64,000 nt of DNA from Candidatus Desulfobacula maris (GTDB lineage: Bacteria; Desulfobacterota; Desulfobacteria; Desulfobacterales; Desulfobacteraceae): positions 24,914 to 88,913 of the forward strand of contig JACNHV010000358.1 in the NCBI GenBank assembly GCA_014383445.1. The letters are read 5' to 3'. The position numbers and the translations under genes were made by a program. Under the pieces are notes generated by a model. It saw only the letters and a list, made by a program, of their open reading frames with translations. It had not been told where the DNA came from and made no database searches. Below, piece by piece: positions 1 to 10,573 of this stretch (positions are counted from its first letter, which is position 1; each line of letters opens with the position of its first letter).

Positions 1-224
1 ATGGAAAAACCGTCCTCTATAAAACAATGGTGTTCCGGAGCCAATGATTCTGAAAGGTCAAACTCACTTGTAACAAGCTCAACGTTTACAGTGTATATGG
101 AATCGATGGAATCAAAGCTCTCGGTCAAAAGATCATCAAAGACCAGGCCGGCAATATTGACATTGCCCTGCATATAAAGGGAGTACCAGATGTAATCTTC
201 CACCTGATCGTTATATACGGTCAT
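1..224 (-). CDS. Phage structural (tail-region) protein, N-terminal part only; runs off the window
   Basis: ATG at 224-222 directly follows the TAG stop (227-225) of the upstream gene. My own translation (MTVYNDQVEDYIWYSLYMQGNVNIAG...) stays open to position 1. Confidence 0.6.
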   Translation of the reverse strand, partial: MTVYNDQVEDYIWYSLYMQGNVNIAGLVFDDLLTESFDSIDSIYTVNVELVTSEFDLSESLAPEHHCFIEDGFS

Positions 225-1592
225 CTATTCCTCCGTTACGTCTTCAGACAAATCCATACTCTCAGATAAAGATAGCTGGTGTATAATTTGTGTGGATTCA
301 AATCCGAATTGCGTTCCGTCCAATAATTCCCATGTCCACGGTACAGCAAGGTTAGGGATCACCGGCCAATAAATGTCTAATGGCTTGTATGTGTACTGAT
401 CGACTGCAATTTTAGCGCCGGTTTCCCTGTCAATATCATTCCCTGAAGGCTTTGTTATGGCTATAAGACCCTTATCAAAATCCTGGCCCTCATAGCTGAA
501 AATTTGTTTAACGAAAGTTGAAAAATTAATTGCAATGGGATTATTCAAGCCTATCCTGCCAGGATCAATATTGTTTTTCATGTAATACAGTTCCTGCAAT
601 AGTTCGGCATCGGCCTGGATGTAATCATCAGCATCTGCTGTAAAATCAAGAGCCGGGTTATTAACCAAAGACGCATTGGGATATTGCTCTTTTTGCTCTT
701 CTGCTACCTGCACATTATTTTTATAGCCGATCCAATTGTTTTTATCCCCTGTTTGTGCGGGATCTGGATACATGCTTGTAATATGGACGGGGCCTAAAAA
801 ATCATCATGGACACCGCCTTCTTCATTGCATACATAAAAAGAATCGATAAGCCATTGTTGTGCGTTCCTTTGATATGCGTATTGCCAATCCAGTGTATGA
901 TACGTCATAGTAACGGCAACCTTTCTGTAATACGACACAGGGTTTGAAGGATTCCCCTCCCAGGCAAGATAATTGCTGTTTACAACATCTTCTCTTGCAG
1001 CAATAGTGAGGCCGTTCAAGGCAATCTTCAAATTACCGTGCCCGCTTTCCGCTCCCGTAGAATCAGTATAAATTTCAAGAAAATTTTTCCTGTAGTTATT
1101 GATAGGTATGCCAGACATAGGGGATATTTCCGGAAGGCCTGCACCCATATTATCAAATGTAATATCTATGGTTCCGTTTTGCCGAAAAAATATAGATACT
1201 TTAAATAAAGCGCTGGACTCATTTGAGAACAATATGTCCATTCTTGTCCAAAGCATGAAGGGTTGCACCAGGTCAATGGCGCCTATCACTTCAGTAAGAC
1301 CGTCTCGCATACCGCTGGTACCAATAGATATCCCGAAGACAATCCGTCTCGAATCACGGAGAAGAGGAGTTGAAAAAGAAGTGGTGGTCAATTTAGTAAA
1401 GCCATAAAGTGACCGCTTATGTTGATCTCCTAATTCTAATGGGGTTGACGTGTTGACATTTAAAAAAGCATCGGATGAGTCAATTATTGCCGGGTTATCA
1501 CCGTAATAATCAACAAGTCCATCGTAACCATAAAGCTCTTCAAGATCAGCCGCTTCTTTCACCTGGTCAAAATTTTCAGAAAATATAATCAC
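225..1592 (-). CDS. Putative tail fiber / receptor-binding protein (paralog of 1601-3721)
   Basis: 455-aa ORF in the late operon. It shares an N-terminal M-[IL]-[IL]-F-x-[DE]-x-F motif and a DDFLGPVHI / NDFLGPIYI core with the neighbouring 706-aa protein. The function is assigned from position only. Confidence 0.5.
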   Translation of the reverse strand: MIIFSENFDQVKEAADLEELYGYDGLVDYYGDNPAIIDSSDAFLNVNTSTPLELGDQHKRSLYGFTKLTTTSFSTPLLRDSRRIVFGISIGTSGMRDGLTEVIGAIDLVQPFMLWTRMDILFSNESSALFKVSIFFRQNGTIDITFDNMGAGLPEISPMSGIPINNYRKNFLEIYTDSTGAESGHGNLKIALNGLTIAAREDVVNSNYLAWEGNPSNPVSYYRKVAVTMTYHTLDWQYAYQRNAQQWLIDSFYVCNEEGGVHDDFLGPVHITSMYPDPAQTGDKNNWIGYKNNVQVAEEQKEQYPNASLVNNPALDFTADADDYIQADAELLQELYYMKNNIDPGRIGLNNPIAINFSTFVKQIFSYEGQDFDKGLIAITKPSGNDIDRETGAKIAVDQYTYKPLDIYWPVIPNLAVPWTWELLDGTQFGFESTQIIHQLSLSESMDLSEDVTEE

Positions 1593-1600
1593 ATCCCCCC

Positions 1601-3721
1601 CTATGGTAAGCTATCTTCATATTCTGAAGTAAATTGACCGGTCCTGTCATATTCAGTGGATTCTTGCTCAACGGGTTCTATCTGCCCGCCATCAATACAA
1701 ACGCCAAGGAAGAAATCATATCTCCATTGCTGGGTTAAAATATCGTCTGTAATGCTGAATTGGTCTGCTATCACTGCAACATACCACCCATTATAGTGTT
1801 CTTCTTCCAAATCAAATGTGTCTGGGACAAACTCAAGTATTCCAACAGAAGCATCCGAGGCCGGGTATAACGTTTCAAAAACAAATTCATGGCCACTGAA
1901 AATATAGGATGAATCAACCTGGAAGCCATCCTCTATTAACTCTTGATTGGTATTAATCCAGTCAATCATTTCCAAATCATCTTCAACGGTAAAGCCTTGA
2001 CTTGGGGCGCTATCCTCTGCCAGGTCAAGATCATCTTGGAATTGTTCAACCCACCATGAATACCCGGTGTCTATTGCAGTAAATAATTCTTCAACTACTT
2101 GCACCCAGGTGAACTGGGCTTGATCCTCAAGGGTTAATTCTTCCCCGGCAAACAAATAAGTCCATGGTATTTCATCATGGAGATAAAGGAGGCTGTTCAC
2201 ATATTGTTTAAGGCCCTTAACACCCTGGCTTCCGTCATCAGAAAGGCCAAGAGCATCATATATGGCGTAGGTAAGATCGAATTCAACAGACGGTGATAAA
2301 TCAAAGGTCAGGTTCATCATTTCTTCCCAGAACCTTTCCGGAGCATCTATCAATCTCAGGCTTTCTTCCAGGGAATCATCAAATTCATATTTTACCCTTA
2401 AATGTTCGGGCAAATAAGATTCAGGATCATCGTCTGCACGAATGACTTCTATCCCGAATTCTGCATTGGCAATGGCGGTTCGATTCCAAGTGGGGGATAA
2501 AAAGCCGGTGACGTTGTTGACCTCCGGGTTTTCAAAAACACCCCGCCTTGTTTCCCATTCATTGTTGAATAAATACATTAACGGCCTGCGCAATGGCATG
2601 GTCGCTTCAATTTCTGCAAGCCCGCTTTTCATAACCGGGCGTAGAGATGTTTGCCCCTGGTCATAATAACCAGGCCTTGTCATCATATATGCAATAGCAC
2701 CGTAAAACCTGGGCTCAGACCCGGCAAAGTTTGGATTTGAGAAATCAAACAACTGTTTGTCGCCAGCCTTGGGCAAACTTAAATACATTGCCCTGGGATC
2801 TTCCCATGCTTCAAAATGCTGATCTTCTTCAGGGGTTGGCAAGATTGCCGGCATTTGTTCAAATGTGCCGATCATTGATGTGTTTACTATCTGGGCTCTA
2901 TCTGCCAGGCTGGTATTGACCGGCACACCATCATTCTTTGACCCTTGCGTTTCCGGTAATATCGTCCTGATATAAATCGGTCCAAGGAAATCATTATTAA
3001 CGCTGCCTTCGTCATTGGCGATATAGACATCGTCAATGGATGAATAAGGTTGAACATCAATTTCAACAGAATCAATAAAATAACTATTGTCAGTATCCGG
3101 GGCGGCTGTAAAAATATTATCAATCCGATCCGTAACAAGGGACCCGATTCTATTTTCTACCCATGCCTGGGCTCCTTCCGAATTGTTACCATGGAGAGAT
3201 ATCCCAAGTTGAAAATACTGCCAGTCACCATTGCATATCACACCATTTGCATTTAATTGACCATAGGCATTGGGGCAATATTCACTTGGGAATTCCCACA
3301 CAAAATTTATAACTGTGGAGCTTATGGTAAGAGTACATGTGGCCACCAGAGCATGAGTATCCCGCCTTGTGTCATTCATTTTACCCGGGACACCAGGAAA
3401 TGTTCTTGTATAAAATCTAATCACAGGAGTTGGGGCAGGATGCAGGTCGCCACGATGCCGGAAACCGAACCCTAAATAGACAGTCCTTGATTTGCGTATA
3501 TATGTTTTGAATGTTGCGGCACCATACCATAAATTGTAATATAACGCCCTGCCGTCTTCTCTTCTGGCATATTTTTGAGGCGGGCTTACCGAATTGTCCA
3601 TGCCCGTTACAAGCATAATCTTGTCATCAGCACAATCGAATTCACCCCACCCTTCAAGCCCCCATTTACGCCCTATATCCCTGGGCCTGATACCTTCAAA
3701 GCCATCTGTAAATAACAGCAT
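1601..3721 (-). CDS. Putative tail fiber / receptor-binding protein (larger paralog)
   Basis: 706-aa ORF that directly abuts the upstream gene (3722). It shares motifs with the 455-aa ORF and has an acidic C-terminal half. Confidence 0.5.
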   Translation of the reverse strand: MLLFTDGFEGIRPRDIGRKWGLEGWGEFDCADDKIMLVTGMDNSVSPPQKYARREDGRALYYNLWYGAATFKTYIRKSRTVYLGFGFRHRGDLHPAPTPVIRFYTRTFPGVPGKMNDTRRDTHALVATCTLTISSTVINFVWEFPSEYCPNAYGQLNANGVICNGDWQYFQLGISLHGNNSEGAQAWVENRIGSLVTDRIDNIFTAAPDTDNSYFIDSVEIDVQPYSSIDDVYIANDEGSVNNDFLGPIYIRTILPETQGSKNDGVPVNTSLADRAQIVNTSMIGTFEQMPAILPTPEEDQHFEAWEDPRAMYLSLPKAGDKQLFDFSNPNFAGSEPRFYGAIAYMMTRPGYYDQGQTSLRPVMKSGLAEIEATMPLRRPLMYLFNNEWETRRGVFENPEVNNVTGFLSPTWNRTAIANAEFGIEVIRADDDPESYLPEHLRVKYEFDDSLEESLRLIDAPERFWEEMMNLTFDLSPSVEFDLTYAIYDALGLSDDGSQGVKGLKQYVNSLLYLHDEIPWTYLFAGEELTLEDQAQFTWVQVVEELFTAIDTGYSWWVEQFQDDLDLAEDSAPSQGFTVEDDLEMIDWINTNQELIEDGFQVDSSYIFSGHEFVFETLYPASDASVGILEFVPDTFDLEEEHYNGWYVAVIADQFSITDDILTQQWRYDFFLGVCIDGGQIEPVEQESTEYDRTGQFTSEYEDSLP

Positions 3722-5893
3722 TTATATGATCTCCATATCTGTATAAACCTGAGAAAAAGACAACGGGGCAGTTACCATTACTTGCTCAAGCAGTTCTGCA
3801 ACAGCTCTTTCAAATTCCGGGTTCCTGGTTTGATCAATCGGATTTCTTCTTTGATGGCTGGTTTTTAAAGACCCGTAAAGATCAGCGGCTCCCATTATCT
3901 CAAATTCATTTCTATTTGACCTGAAAGCTTGATTGGTGGGTACCTGGTCAATATCCTCATCAGCGCAAACAGACCGGATATAGATTCTTGCTGAAAGTAT
4001 GCTTTCAATTTCTTCATTGGTCGCAGCATCTATGTGAACCATGGAATTGTCCGGCATTTTTATATAAGCGATCGAATCTTCTCCGAGAATATCCAAAGGA
4101 ATGGAATCGTATGGACTGTAACCAACTGCCTGTTTGGCAAAAAGGTTTTCCGTCTCAGCCCACAATGTGACCGAAGTTCTCTGAACTATATATAATTGTG
4201 CGACGGTTGCCCGGTTATGCTTACAACAATGGATCAACCTTTGGTTAAGGGCTTTATCCCTTCTGGCCACAGTAGAACAGCTTCCCAATTGATACATGTA
4301 CCAGATTGCGGCTTTCCAGTCAGGCGCTTGAAACCACATGCACCCCAAAGGCGTATCCGCATATATTGACTCAGCTCCCCAAGCCTGGGCATTACTGCGG
4401 AACCACCATGTGACATCAACACCAAAGGAACCATAGGCTGAATTAAAGGTGTTTTGCCAGTTATCATATCTATTCCAGGTCTCGATTTTATCCCATCTTA
4501 GATTTAAAGCAGAAAGGTAAGCCGGTTCTTGAAAGGTATCCTCTGGAACCGGTGTCGTTTTAAAAGCCATGCTGCCGGTAATTGCTGGATGAATAGTTCG
4601 ATGGAAAGCGCCCTCATTAATCCGCTTTAAAAGCCCAAAACTCCATAGGCTATTTTCACCACCCATGCCTGCGAGGGAAGCTTCCCCGGCCAAAACAGAC
4701 CCAAGGTCAGTAAGCAACATACCGCCGGCCCCGGGAACCGTCGAGGCAATCAAGGCCTGGTTGGCGAGATTTTCAGCATTTTCATAAAGGCCTGGAATTG
4801 GCATGTCAGGCGGCACCTCTACAAATCTCACGAATTTCCACATGGAATCACAATATCCGACAATGTATCCATCCCAGGTATTTACAGCGCATTCCCAGAT
4901 TTCATCCTCTCCAAAGGCTGTTTGCATGTGAAAAGATGTTGCTTTGTCTGAAGGCAAGCCGGTTGGTGCAATACATGGCAAACCCAAATCTGCTGACCCT
5001 GTAACATGATACTCACGGGAATCAGTTCCGAAAGCCGGACTTGTTTTCCAATTTTCGATACTGTCTAAATTATCAGTATATACGTCCATGGTGTTTTGAT
5101 ATGTTCCATTCGAGGCCCCTTCATTATCGAGCATCATGGCAAAACAAAGGTCTTGGAAAAAACTCAGGACCGGGTTGCCATCAACATCGTATGTGTTCCA
5201 CCAGTCTTGTGGTGAATCGCCGCCACGAATGATATCTCCCTGGCAATCGGTTTGCCAATTGGGAATCACACCGGCAATCTGGATTGCATCATCCCCCTGC
5301 GGGTATTCCTCAAATAAGGCAACCCCAGACAGTTCTACAAATTCCAAAAAAGGTTTGATCTTTGACACGGGGCAGGGAAATTGAAGAAGGGCGGGGCTTA
5401 AATCAGGATCAACGATGCCGGCCACAACTCCTGCAGCAACATCGTAAACAGTACAAAGTTCATCAAGATTTGCAAGGGGATCAAAAATATCCAAAGGCTC
5501 AAGGGCTTCCAGGCTGGCACGAACAATCACATAATTATAAGAGCATTTCTTCAACCCATCAACATGGCCAATAACCATCACATTAGAAACGAGTTGATTG
5601 TCAGCTTGAGCCGTTTGTATCTCACAAAGTAGGATTACTGAATCGTTTTCATTGAATCCCCTGGCACCTGAAAAGATAGAACCATTGTCCCTGGCTGGCA
5701 TATCAGGTGAACAGTGATAAAAAATAGGGGCTTTCTCCCAGGGCAAGCCCAGCTCTTCAATCAATACATCGGCGGTGTCCCAATATTCTTCGGGAGTGTC
5801 GGGGTCTTCGGGATATACCTTTGATATAATGCCTGTAAGGTATTCATGCTTCTGAATGTCCCCAAGATTTTGATGATTGATTGAGTTTGGCAT
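3722..5893 (-). CDS. Large virion/tail-associated protein, family not recognised
   Basis: 723-aa uninterrupted ORF in the late operon, with no gap to the downstream gene. Confidence 0.5.
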   Translation of the reverse strand: MPNSINHQNLGDIQKHEYLTGIISKVYPEDPDTPEEYWDTADVLIEELGLPWEKAPIFYHCSPDMPARDNGSIFSGARGFNENDSVILLCEIQTAQADNQLVSNVMVIGHVDGLKKCSYNYVIVRASLEALEPLDIFDPLANLDELCTVYDVAAGVVAGIVDPDLSPALLQFPCPVSKIKPFLEFVELSGVALFEEYPQGDDAIQIAGVIPNWQTDCQGDIIRGGDSPQDWWNTYDVDGNPVLSFFQDLCFAMMLDNEGASNGTYQNTMDVYTDNLDSIENWKTSPAFGTDSREYHVTGSADLGLPCIAPTGLPSDKATSFHMQTAFGEDEIWECAVNTWDGYIVGYCDSMWKFVRFVEVPPDMPIPGLYENAENLANQALIASTVPGAGGMLLTDLGSVLAGEASLAGMGGENSLWSFGLLKRINEGAFHRTIHPAITGSMAFKTTPVPEDTFQEPAYLSALNLRWDKIETWNRYDNWQNTFNSAYGSFGVDVTWWFRSNAQAWGAESIYADTPLGCMWFQAPDWKAAIWYMYQLGSCSTVARRDKALNQRLIHCCKHNRATVAQLYIVQRTSVTLWAETENLFAKQAVGYSPYDSIPLDILGEDSIAYIKMPDNSMVHIDAATNEEIESILSARIYIRSVCADEDIDQVPTNQAFRSNRNEFEIMGAADLYGSLKTSHQRRNPIDQTRNPEFERAVAELLEQVMVTAPLSFSQVYTDMEII

Positions 5894-5996
5894 ATAAGTC
5901 CCTTAAAGGAAAACCAGGTATTAACATTGGCCCCCCATCACCACCCCTATGATGGGACAGGGAGACCAATACCGGAGGAAAAAAATGAAACAACAA

Positions 5997-6596
5997 TCAA
6001 GATGTAGTGGATGTAATCTGATAAGTGACATAAATCTCATCATCATTGATTACAGCACGGGGCGTACCAAACCGTTTGGCACACATCAAAACCCCGGAGG
6101 ATGCAGTCTTTGCCGCTGCATCTGCAAGGAAAGCACCATACACGGTGATACTTGCATTCATGACAAAATGAGCCTTGGAATTTACATTGGAGATAACAGC
6201 CGTTGTGGTATCCTCGGTTGCATACGATGGCCGGTTGGTCAACGGAGAATCATAGTCAGCATCCTGGCACTCACCATAAGCATTTCCGGAACCGAGTTTT
6301 GCCGATGTATCCGCAAGGGCCGGGGTAATGTTGTTTTTGAAAATACCAACATACCAGATATTGGCAGCGGCCTTGCTGATATCATGGAAAAGGATATTCA
6401 ACAGTTTGGCCATGCCCTCGGTTGTAAACGTATTCTTACCGGATTGCCTGCACAACAGTTTACCGGCTCTCATATGATCCATGGTCACATGCCCCATGAA
6501 ACCGAGTTTGTCTTTGTGGTGTTTGAGGGCATGTTGAATTTCTCTGTCCTCTGCGATTGCCTGTAAAAGTTCTGCACCTGCGATAATTCCGTTCAT
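5997..6596 (-). CDS. Phage structural protein, unknown function
   Basis: 199-aa ORF co-oriented with the late operon. The overlapping plus-strand ORF (5949-6566) is Cys/Arg/Gly-rich and looks spurious. Confidence 0.55.
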   Translation of the reverse strand: MNGIIAGAELLQAIAEDREIQHALKHHKDKLGFMGHVTMDHMRAGKLLCRQSGKNTFTTEGMAKLLNILFHDISKAAANIWYVGIFKNNITPALADTSAKLGSGNAYGECQDADYDSPLTNRPSYATEDTTTAVISNVNSKAHFVMNASITVYGAFLADAAAKTASSGVLMCAKRFGTPRAVINDDEIYVTYQITSTTS

Positions 6597-6664
6597 GGTT
6601 AAAGCTCCTTTTTTTATCTTTTATGATTTAATTTTGTTATCGTAATCTATATCCATCTGGGCAT

Positions 6665-7885
6665 TCATATCACCACCCCGTTTCTGACAACATCACACGC
6701 GGCCAGGTCACCAAATCCAACGACCTGACCCTTTGGCTGATTGTGTTTCATGGAGAATAACATCTGTTTACGTCCATCCTTCACCCTGTAAAATGATGCT
6801 CCCTGGACCTGCTGAGGATCTATGCGGAGTTTCTCTTTTACGACGTTTAAAATCCTGCCATCAGCAAGACCTGCATATATGCCGTCTTTGCCTACCCATA
6901 CAGGAACATTCTTTCCAAGCTCCCCAAGATCACTGGCATAGCATAAGGTCCCAGGGACAACCCCGATACCGGCGATTGTTTGAACCATTTCAGCCGGATT
7001 TGCCCCCGAAAGGAAATAAGTATTAACCTCACATCCAACGAATAAGCCATGGTCTGTTTTTGCGATCATCAGGACAGTTTCGCTAAAATCAAAGAATCCT
7101 GTAGTTAAGCGAAAAAGCTCCGGTTGATAAGGCTCGCTGTAATACACTTTTTTAAATCGAGTTCCCCAGACCCGGCCAAAGGCCCAACATAGATGGCTCA
7201 TGGGATCAGGTGGTACACCCCACATAGTAGGAATGGGTTCTGCCTGTTCAGGCAAAGCAGTGATGATTGAACTATTTCCGGCATAAAAGAATTGGAAACT
7301 GTTCGGGTCTGTCATCCAAACGGTTGCACCTTCAGGGAAATTTAAAATATTGATTCCGCCTGTTTCTGACAAGGTTATCCCTGTCACGCCACTATTCCCT
7401 GACGGTCTTCCATAATTACCAATGGCTGTAAGACAAACTTTGTAATTACCTGCCGGAAGACTTCCTTTTGTTTGCAATAATACTGGCGTTACTGGAACAG
7501 GCACTCCCCATTTCCCGATGGTGTTAAGCCCGGGGTCATACATCCCGTTCCAGTTTTTGTTTGAAAGATATATTTTTTCATCTACTTCCAGGTAGGACAT
7601 GGGAGAGTCAGCCTGGCCTGTATCTGCCAATTCGACCGTCGTGATCCCGTCAAGTACCCGGTAAACTTTGCTTTCCGCCACACACAATACAAGCCCCTTG
7701 TTGTTTGTCCAAAGGCTATGCGCTCCCGGCAGGTCAATGACCTTTTCAAGCCCTGGACGTCTTACAAGGCTGCCATCCGGCTCAACGTTTGCATTTAAAA
7801 TAATGGAAGGCTCTCCCATGGTCCTTTTGGCTTTGACGACAATATTGTTCATGCCATTGAAGCTATCAACTTTAATCTCACGCAT
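6665..7885 (-). CDS. Phage structural protein (possibly beta-rich tail component)
   Basis: The ORF is open from 7942. An internal ATG at 7885-7883 forms a TAATG overlap with the stop of the upstream gene, so 7885 is the preferred start. Confidence 0.55.
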   Translation of the reverse strand: MREIKVDSFNGMNNIVVKAKRTMGEPSIILNANVEPDGSLVRRPGLEKVIDLPGAHSLWTNNKGLVLCVAESKVYRVLDGITTVELADTGQADSPMSYLEVDEKIYLSNKNWNGMYDPGLNTIGKWGVPVPVTPVLLQTKGSLPAGNYKVCLTAIGNYGRPSGNSGVTGITLSETGGINILNFPEGATVWMTDPNSFQFFYAGNSSIITALPEQAEPIPTMWGVPPDPMSHLCWAFGRVWGTRFKKVYYSEPYQPELFRLTTGFFDFSETVLMIAKTDHGLFVGCEVNTYFLSGANPAEMVQTIAGIGVVPGTLCYASDLGELGKNVPVWVGKDGIYAGLADGRILNVVKEKLRIDPQQVQGASFYRVKDGRKQMLFSMKHNQPKGQVVGFGDLAACDVVRNGVVI

Positions 7886-8538
7886 TAGAAGAACCTCGCT
7901 GATCGTTTGATCACCGGCGTAAAGCGGGGGGCAGTTTGACAATGCTTTGCCAATTTAGCCAGGCCAATATTATATCGATCAGTGTAATAAAGAGTATTTA
8001 TCTTCTGCCCGTCAATTCCGTCCTCTGCCAAAGCCCATAATTCTTTCAGCGCATAATCAACAGCGATCGTGTTGAGGTTATAGGGAATCCCGTCAAGATG
8101 GGCTTCATCATCGTCAAACTCAACCGGTACAGGCTCCCTGTAAAAGAACAGGGTCAAAAATTGGTCTTGAACGGGTAGCGGTCGATACCAAAGAGTTTTA
8201 TGCTCCAGGGCAACATCCTGGATCATACCTGGTGATTCCCACCCGGAGTATAGATTTTCAAGCGCCTTGATATTCGACCGGATACTGACTGTTTCCCTGC
8301 TTGTTTCATTGTAAACCCGGTACAGGTCATGGGCAAAAATATCCGGCATTGCAATAAAAACCGGGTTATCAGCTATCGCAACCGCAATCGTCTCATGTTC
8401 CTGCAGACCTGGCAGGGTAAACAATTCGCTTACCTCTGATACAAACTCATTGACCAGGGGGCAAATATCATCTTCCCTTGTGAGGGAGGGGTCTTGTATG
8501 CCTGTTTCAATCCGGGCCAATATCGTTTCCAGAATCAT
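7885..8538 (-). CDS. Phage head-tail region protein, unknown function
   Basis: 217-aa ORF with a 4-nt overlap to the upstream gene (8535-8538). Confidence 0.55.
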   Translation of the reverse strand: MILETILARIETGIQDPSLTREDDICPLVNEFVSEVSELFTLPGLQEHETIAVAIADNPVFIAMPDIFAHDLYRVYNETSRETVSIRSNIKALENLYSGWESPGMIQDVALEHKTLWYRPLPVQDQFLTLFFYREPVPVEFDDDEAHLDGIPYNLNTIAVDYALKELWALAEDGIDGQKINTLYYTDRYNIGLAKLAKHCQTAPRFTPVIKRSARFF

Positions 8539-8798
8539 TCCTTATTCGCCTTTCCCTTGGCTGCATCTGATTTGGCTTTGTCCTTGGCCGCTTCTTTCTC
8601 CCGGGCTTTGAATTCTTCCATGGTGGGAGGAACGTATTCTTTGAAATTACCGGTATCAAGAAGGTGCTTCACATGGTCTTCCGAGACTATACTTGCCACA
8701 AAATCACCGTATTGGTTTTCAGTGAATAGATAGTCGAACTTTTCCACACGCATGGGGATCGGCTGGCCGCATCTGGTAAAATTTGCTTGCATAATCAT
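8535..8798 (-). CDS. Small phage protein with Lys/Ala/Glu-rich C-terminal tail
   Basis: 87-aa ORF, translationally coupled within the late operon. Confidence 0.5.
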   Translation of the reverse strand: MIMQANFTRCGQPIPMRVEKFDYLFTENQYGDFVASIVSEDHVKHLLDTGNFKEYVPPTMEEFKAREKEAAKDKAKSDAAKGKANKE

Positions 8799-8828
8799 GG
8801 GTGATGAATTCCTTTATAAAAATAAATA

Positions 8829-9284
8829 TTAGGCACCGTAATCAGAGGCACGGTAAGTCATTGCTGCACGGATGGCCCCGGAAACTGCTGTAGCTGCGGT
8901 TGCCGTAACCTTGATTGCCAGAATTCTGTCATTGACCTTATCCCTTGTGATGCCTAAGAAACCTGCACCATCGCCACGGATGGTTTTAACTGCTTCTGCC
9001 TGGGCACCAACCAGAAGCTCAGATCCGGAGACAAGATCATCCCCTGCTTCGTTCAGAAGACCAACGGAAAAGCGAAGGGTGTCGGTTCCATTGGAATCAA
9101 GCTCTTCTGTCCGTATGACCAGATCAACAGGCATGCAGTCAGCGGGCAGGTGACCCATTTTAACAATATCGTCACTGGCCAGGGTATCAGGCAGGACAAC
9201 TTTGTCATCACAGACATACACTTCCCCGGCACTATGGGGAGACAGGATAGACTTTTCAAAATTATTGCTTTCAAATGTAGGCAT
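8829..9284 (-). CDS. Capsid-associated (decoration-like) protein, assigned by position only
   Basis: 151-aa ORF immediately downstream of the major capsid gene. Confidence 0.4.
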   Translation of the reverse strand: MPTFESNNFEKSILSPHSAGEVYVCDDKVVLPDTLASDDIVKMGHLPADCMPVDLVIRTEELDSNGTDTLRFSVGLLNEAGDDLVSGSELLVGAQAEAVKTIRGDGAGFLGITRDKVNDRILAIKVTATAATAVSGAIRAAMTYRASDYGA

Positions 9285-9359
9285 ATTAAAAACTCCTTAT
9301 AAAATTAAAATCATTTCATGTGTAAAGGGGCTTACGCATACCCCTTATGGATTTGTTAC

Positions 9360-10463
9360 TTATGCTGCGACTTTTGTAGCCGCTGTATCATAGGCAATCA
9401 GGCCATAATCAAGGCCATTGAAAGCCACCTTATTCAACCCGAACATACTGTAAGTGCTGATGATCAGGATATTGCCGTTATCTCTTGACTCTTCGTGCCA
9501 GTCAAAACGCAGGCCTGAACCGGAAGAACCCCATGCAACCGCAAGGCCCTGTTCACCAAGGAATAATGCACGGGCCGCCTTGACGTTTCCACCTGATCCA
9601 TAATCGTCAAACCGGATAATGCCTTTATGCTTCTGCAGGATCACGTTGTTGTACATACCAAGACCACCCTTGCAGATAGGTGATTTTCTTCCTTCTGAGG
9701 TTGCAAGTGCTTTCTGGATATCAAGCCACTTTCCGGATGCTGTATCGGTTCTTAAGTCATAAGCCTGCCAGGGATTCATAAGAAGGAGAAAATGGTCTTC
9801 ACCCTCAAGCTTAATCGGCTGGATCTGAGGGGTGCCCTGGGTACCGCCACCCATCATATCTGCCTCGGCAACCAGGCGGTCAACGCCGGAAAGGGACATT
9901 TTATCATCAACCGTTATTGTGGCCTTTGCCTTGCCATTGGCAAAATAGTGATGAAGGCTGTCCGGTGCTGCAAGCGGATTGTTGGCAAACCCGGGATAAG
10001 TTGCATCAAAGATGAATTCATCATTGACTCCCCTGGTTCCGGATGCGTACATGAAATGCAGCTCATCAAACACCCTGGCCCACCAGTCAGACTGACGGGC
10101 ACGGGCTACTTTTCTAAGGTCATGAATGGTTCTTTTCCGGGTCATACGTCCACCCGCATTAACCCCGCCCCTCATCTGATCGATATATAATCCATCAGTG
10201 TAGAACTTGAGTTTCTCTTCTTTGTTCTCCAGGATGTCATCCCCCTCGACAGGCTTCATCCCTAACTGCATATTAAGATCAAAGGAAACATATTCCCCGG
10301 CATCATTCTTCAAACGGTCAACCTTAACAACAGGAGTTGACCCGCCTTCCGGGCCGGTAAACTTCTTGGACCAGAAAGATTTTCTCGGGGTGTCAATTGC
10401 TAAAAAGGCGGAATACTTTTTAACCGCTTTGGGATCATTAAGACCGATAATTGTTTTACTCAT
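9360..10463 (-). CDS. Major capsid protein, N4-gp56 / DUF4043-type
   Basis: 367 aa. The N-terminal region (FWSKKF...VSFDLNMQLGMKPVEGDDILENKEEKLKFYTDGLYIDQMR) matches the pattern I recall for this capsid family. The gene sits downstream of the scaffold gene. Confidence 0.75.
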   Translation of the reverse strand: MSKTIIGLNDPKAVKKYSAFLAIDTPRKSFWSKKFTGPEGGSTPVVKVDRLKNDAGEYVSFDLNMQLGMKPVEGDDILENKEEKLKFYTDGLYIDQMRGGVNAGGRMTRKRTIHDLRKVARARQSDWWARVFDELHFMYASGTRGVNDEFIFDATYPGFANNPLAAPDSLHHYFANGKAKATITVDDKMSLSGVDRLVAEADMMGGGTQGTPQIQPIKLEGEDHFLLLMNPWQAYDLRTDTASGKWLDIQKALATSEGRKSPICKGGLGMYNNVILQKHKGIIRFDDYGSGGNVKAARALFLGEQGLAVAWGSSGSGLRFDWHEESRDNGNILIISTYSMFGLNKVAFNGLDYGLIAYDTAATKVAA

Positions 10464-10573
10464 TGTATTGCTCCTTATGTTGATTGTTTTTCGGTCTTAC
10501 CCTGCCGCAATTGACAGAGGAGCTATACTGAACCACTGACCTTTTTAAAATTTTAAAACTGCATCCAAAGGCC

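Noticed and set aside
5949-6566. A 205-aa plus-strand ORF overlapping the 199-aa minus-strand ORF.
   Set aside because: It runs opposite to the whole late operon, has Cys/Arg/Gly-rich odd composition and lacks an RBS. The minus-strand ORF is preferred.
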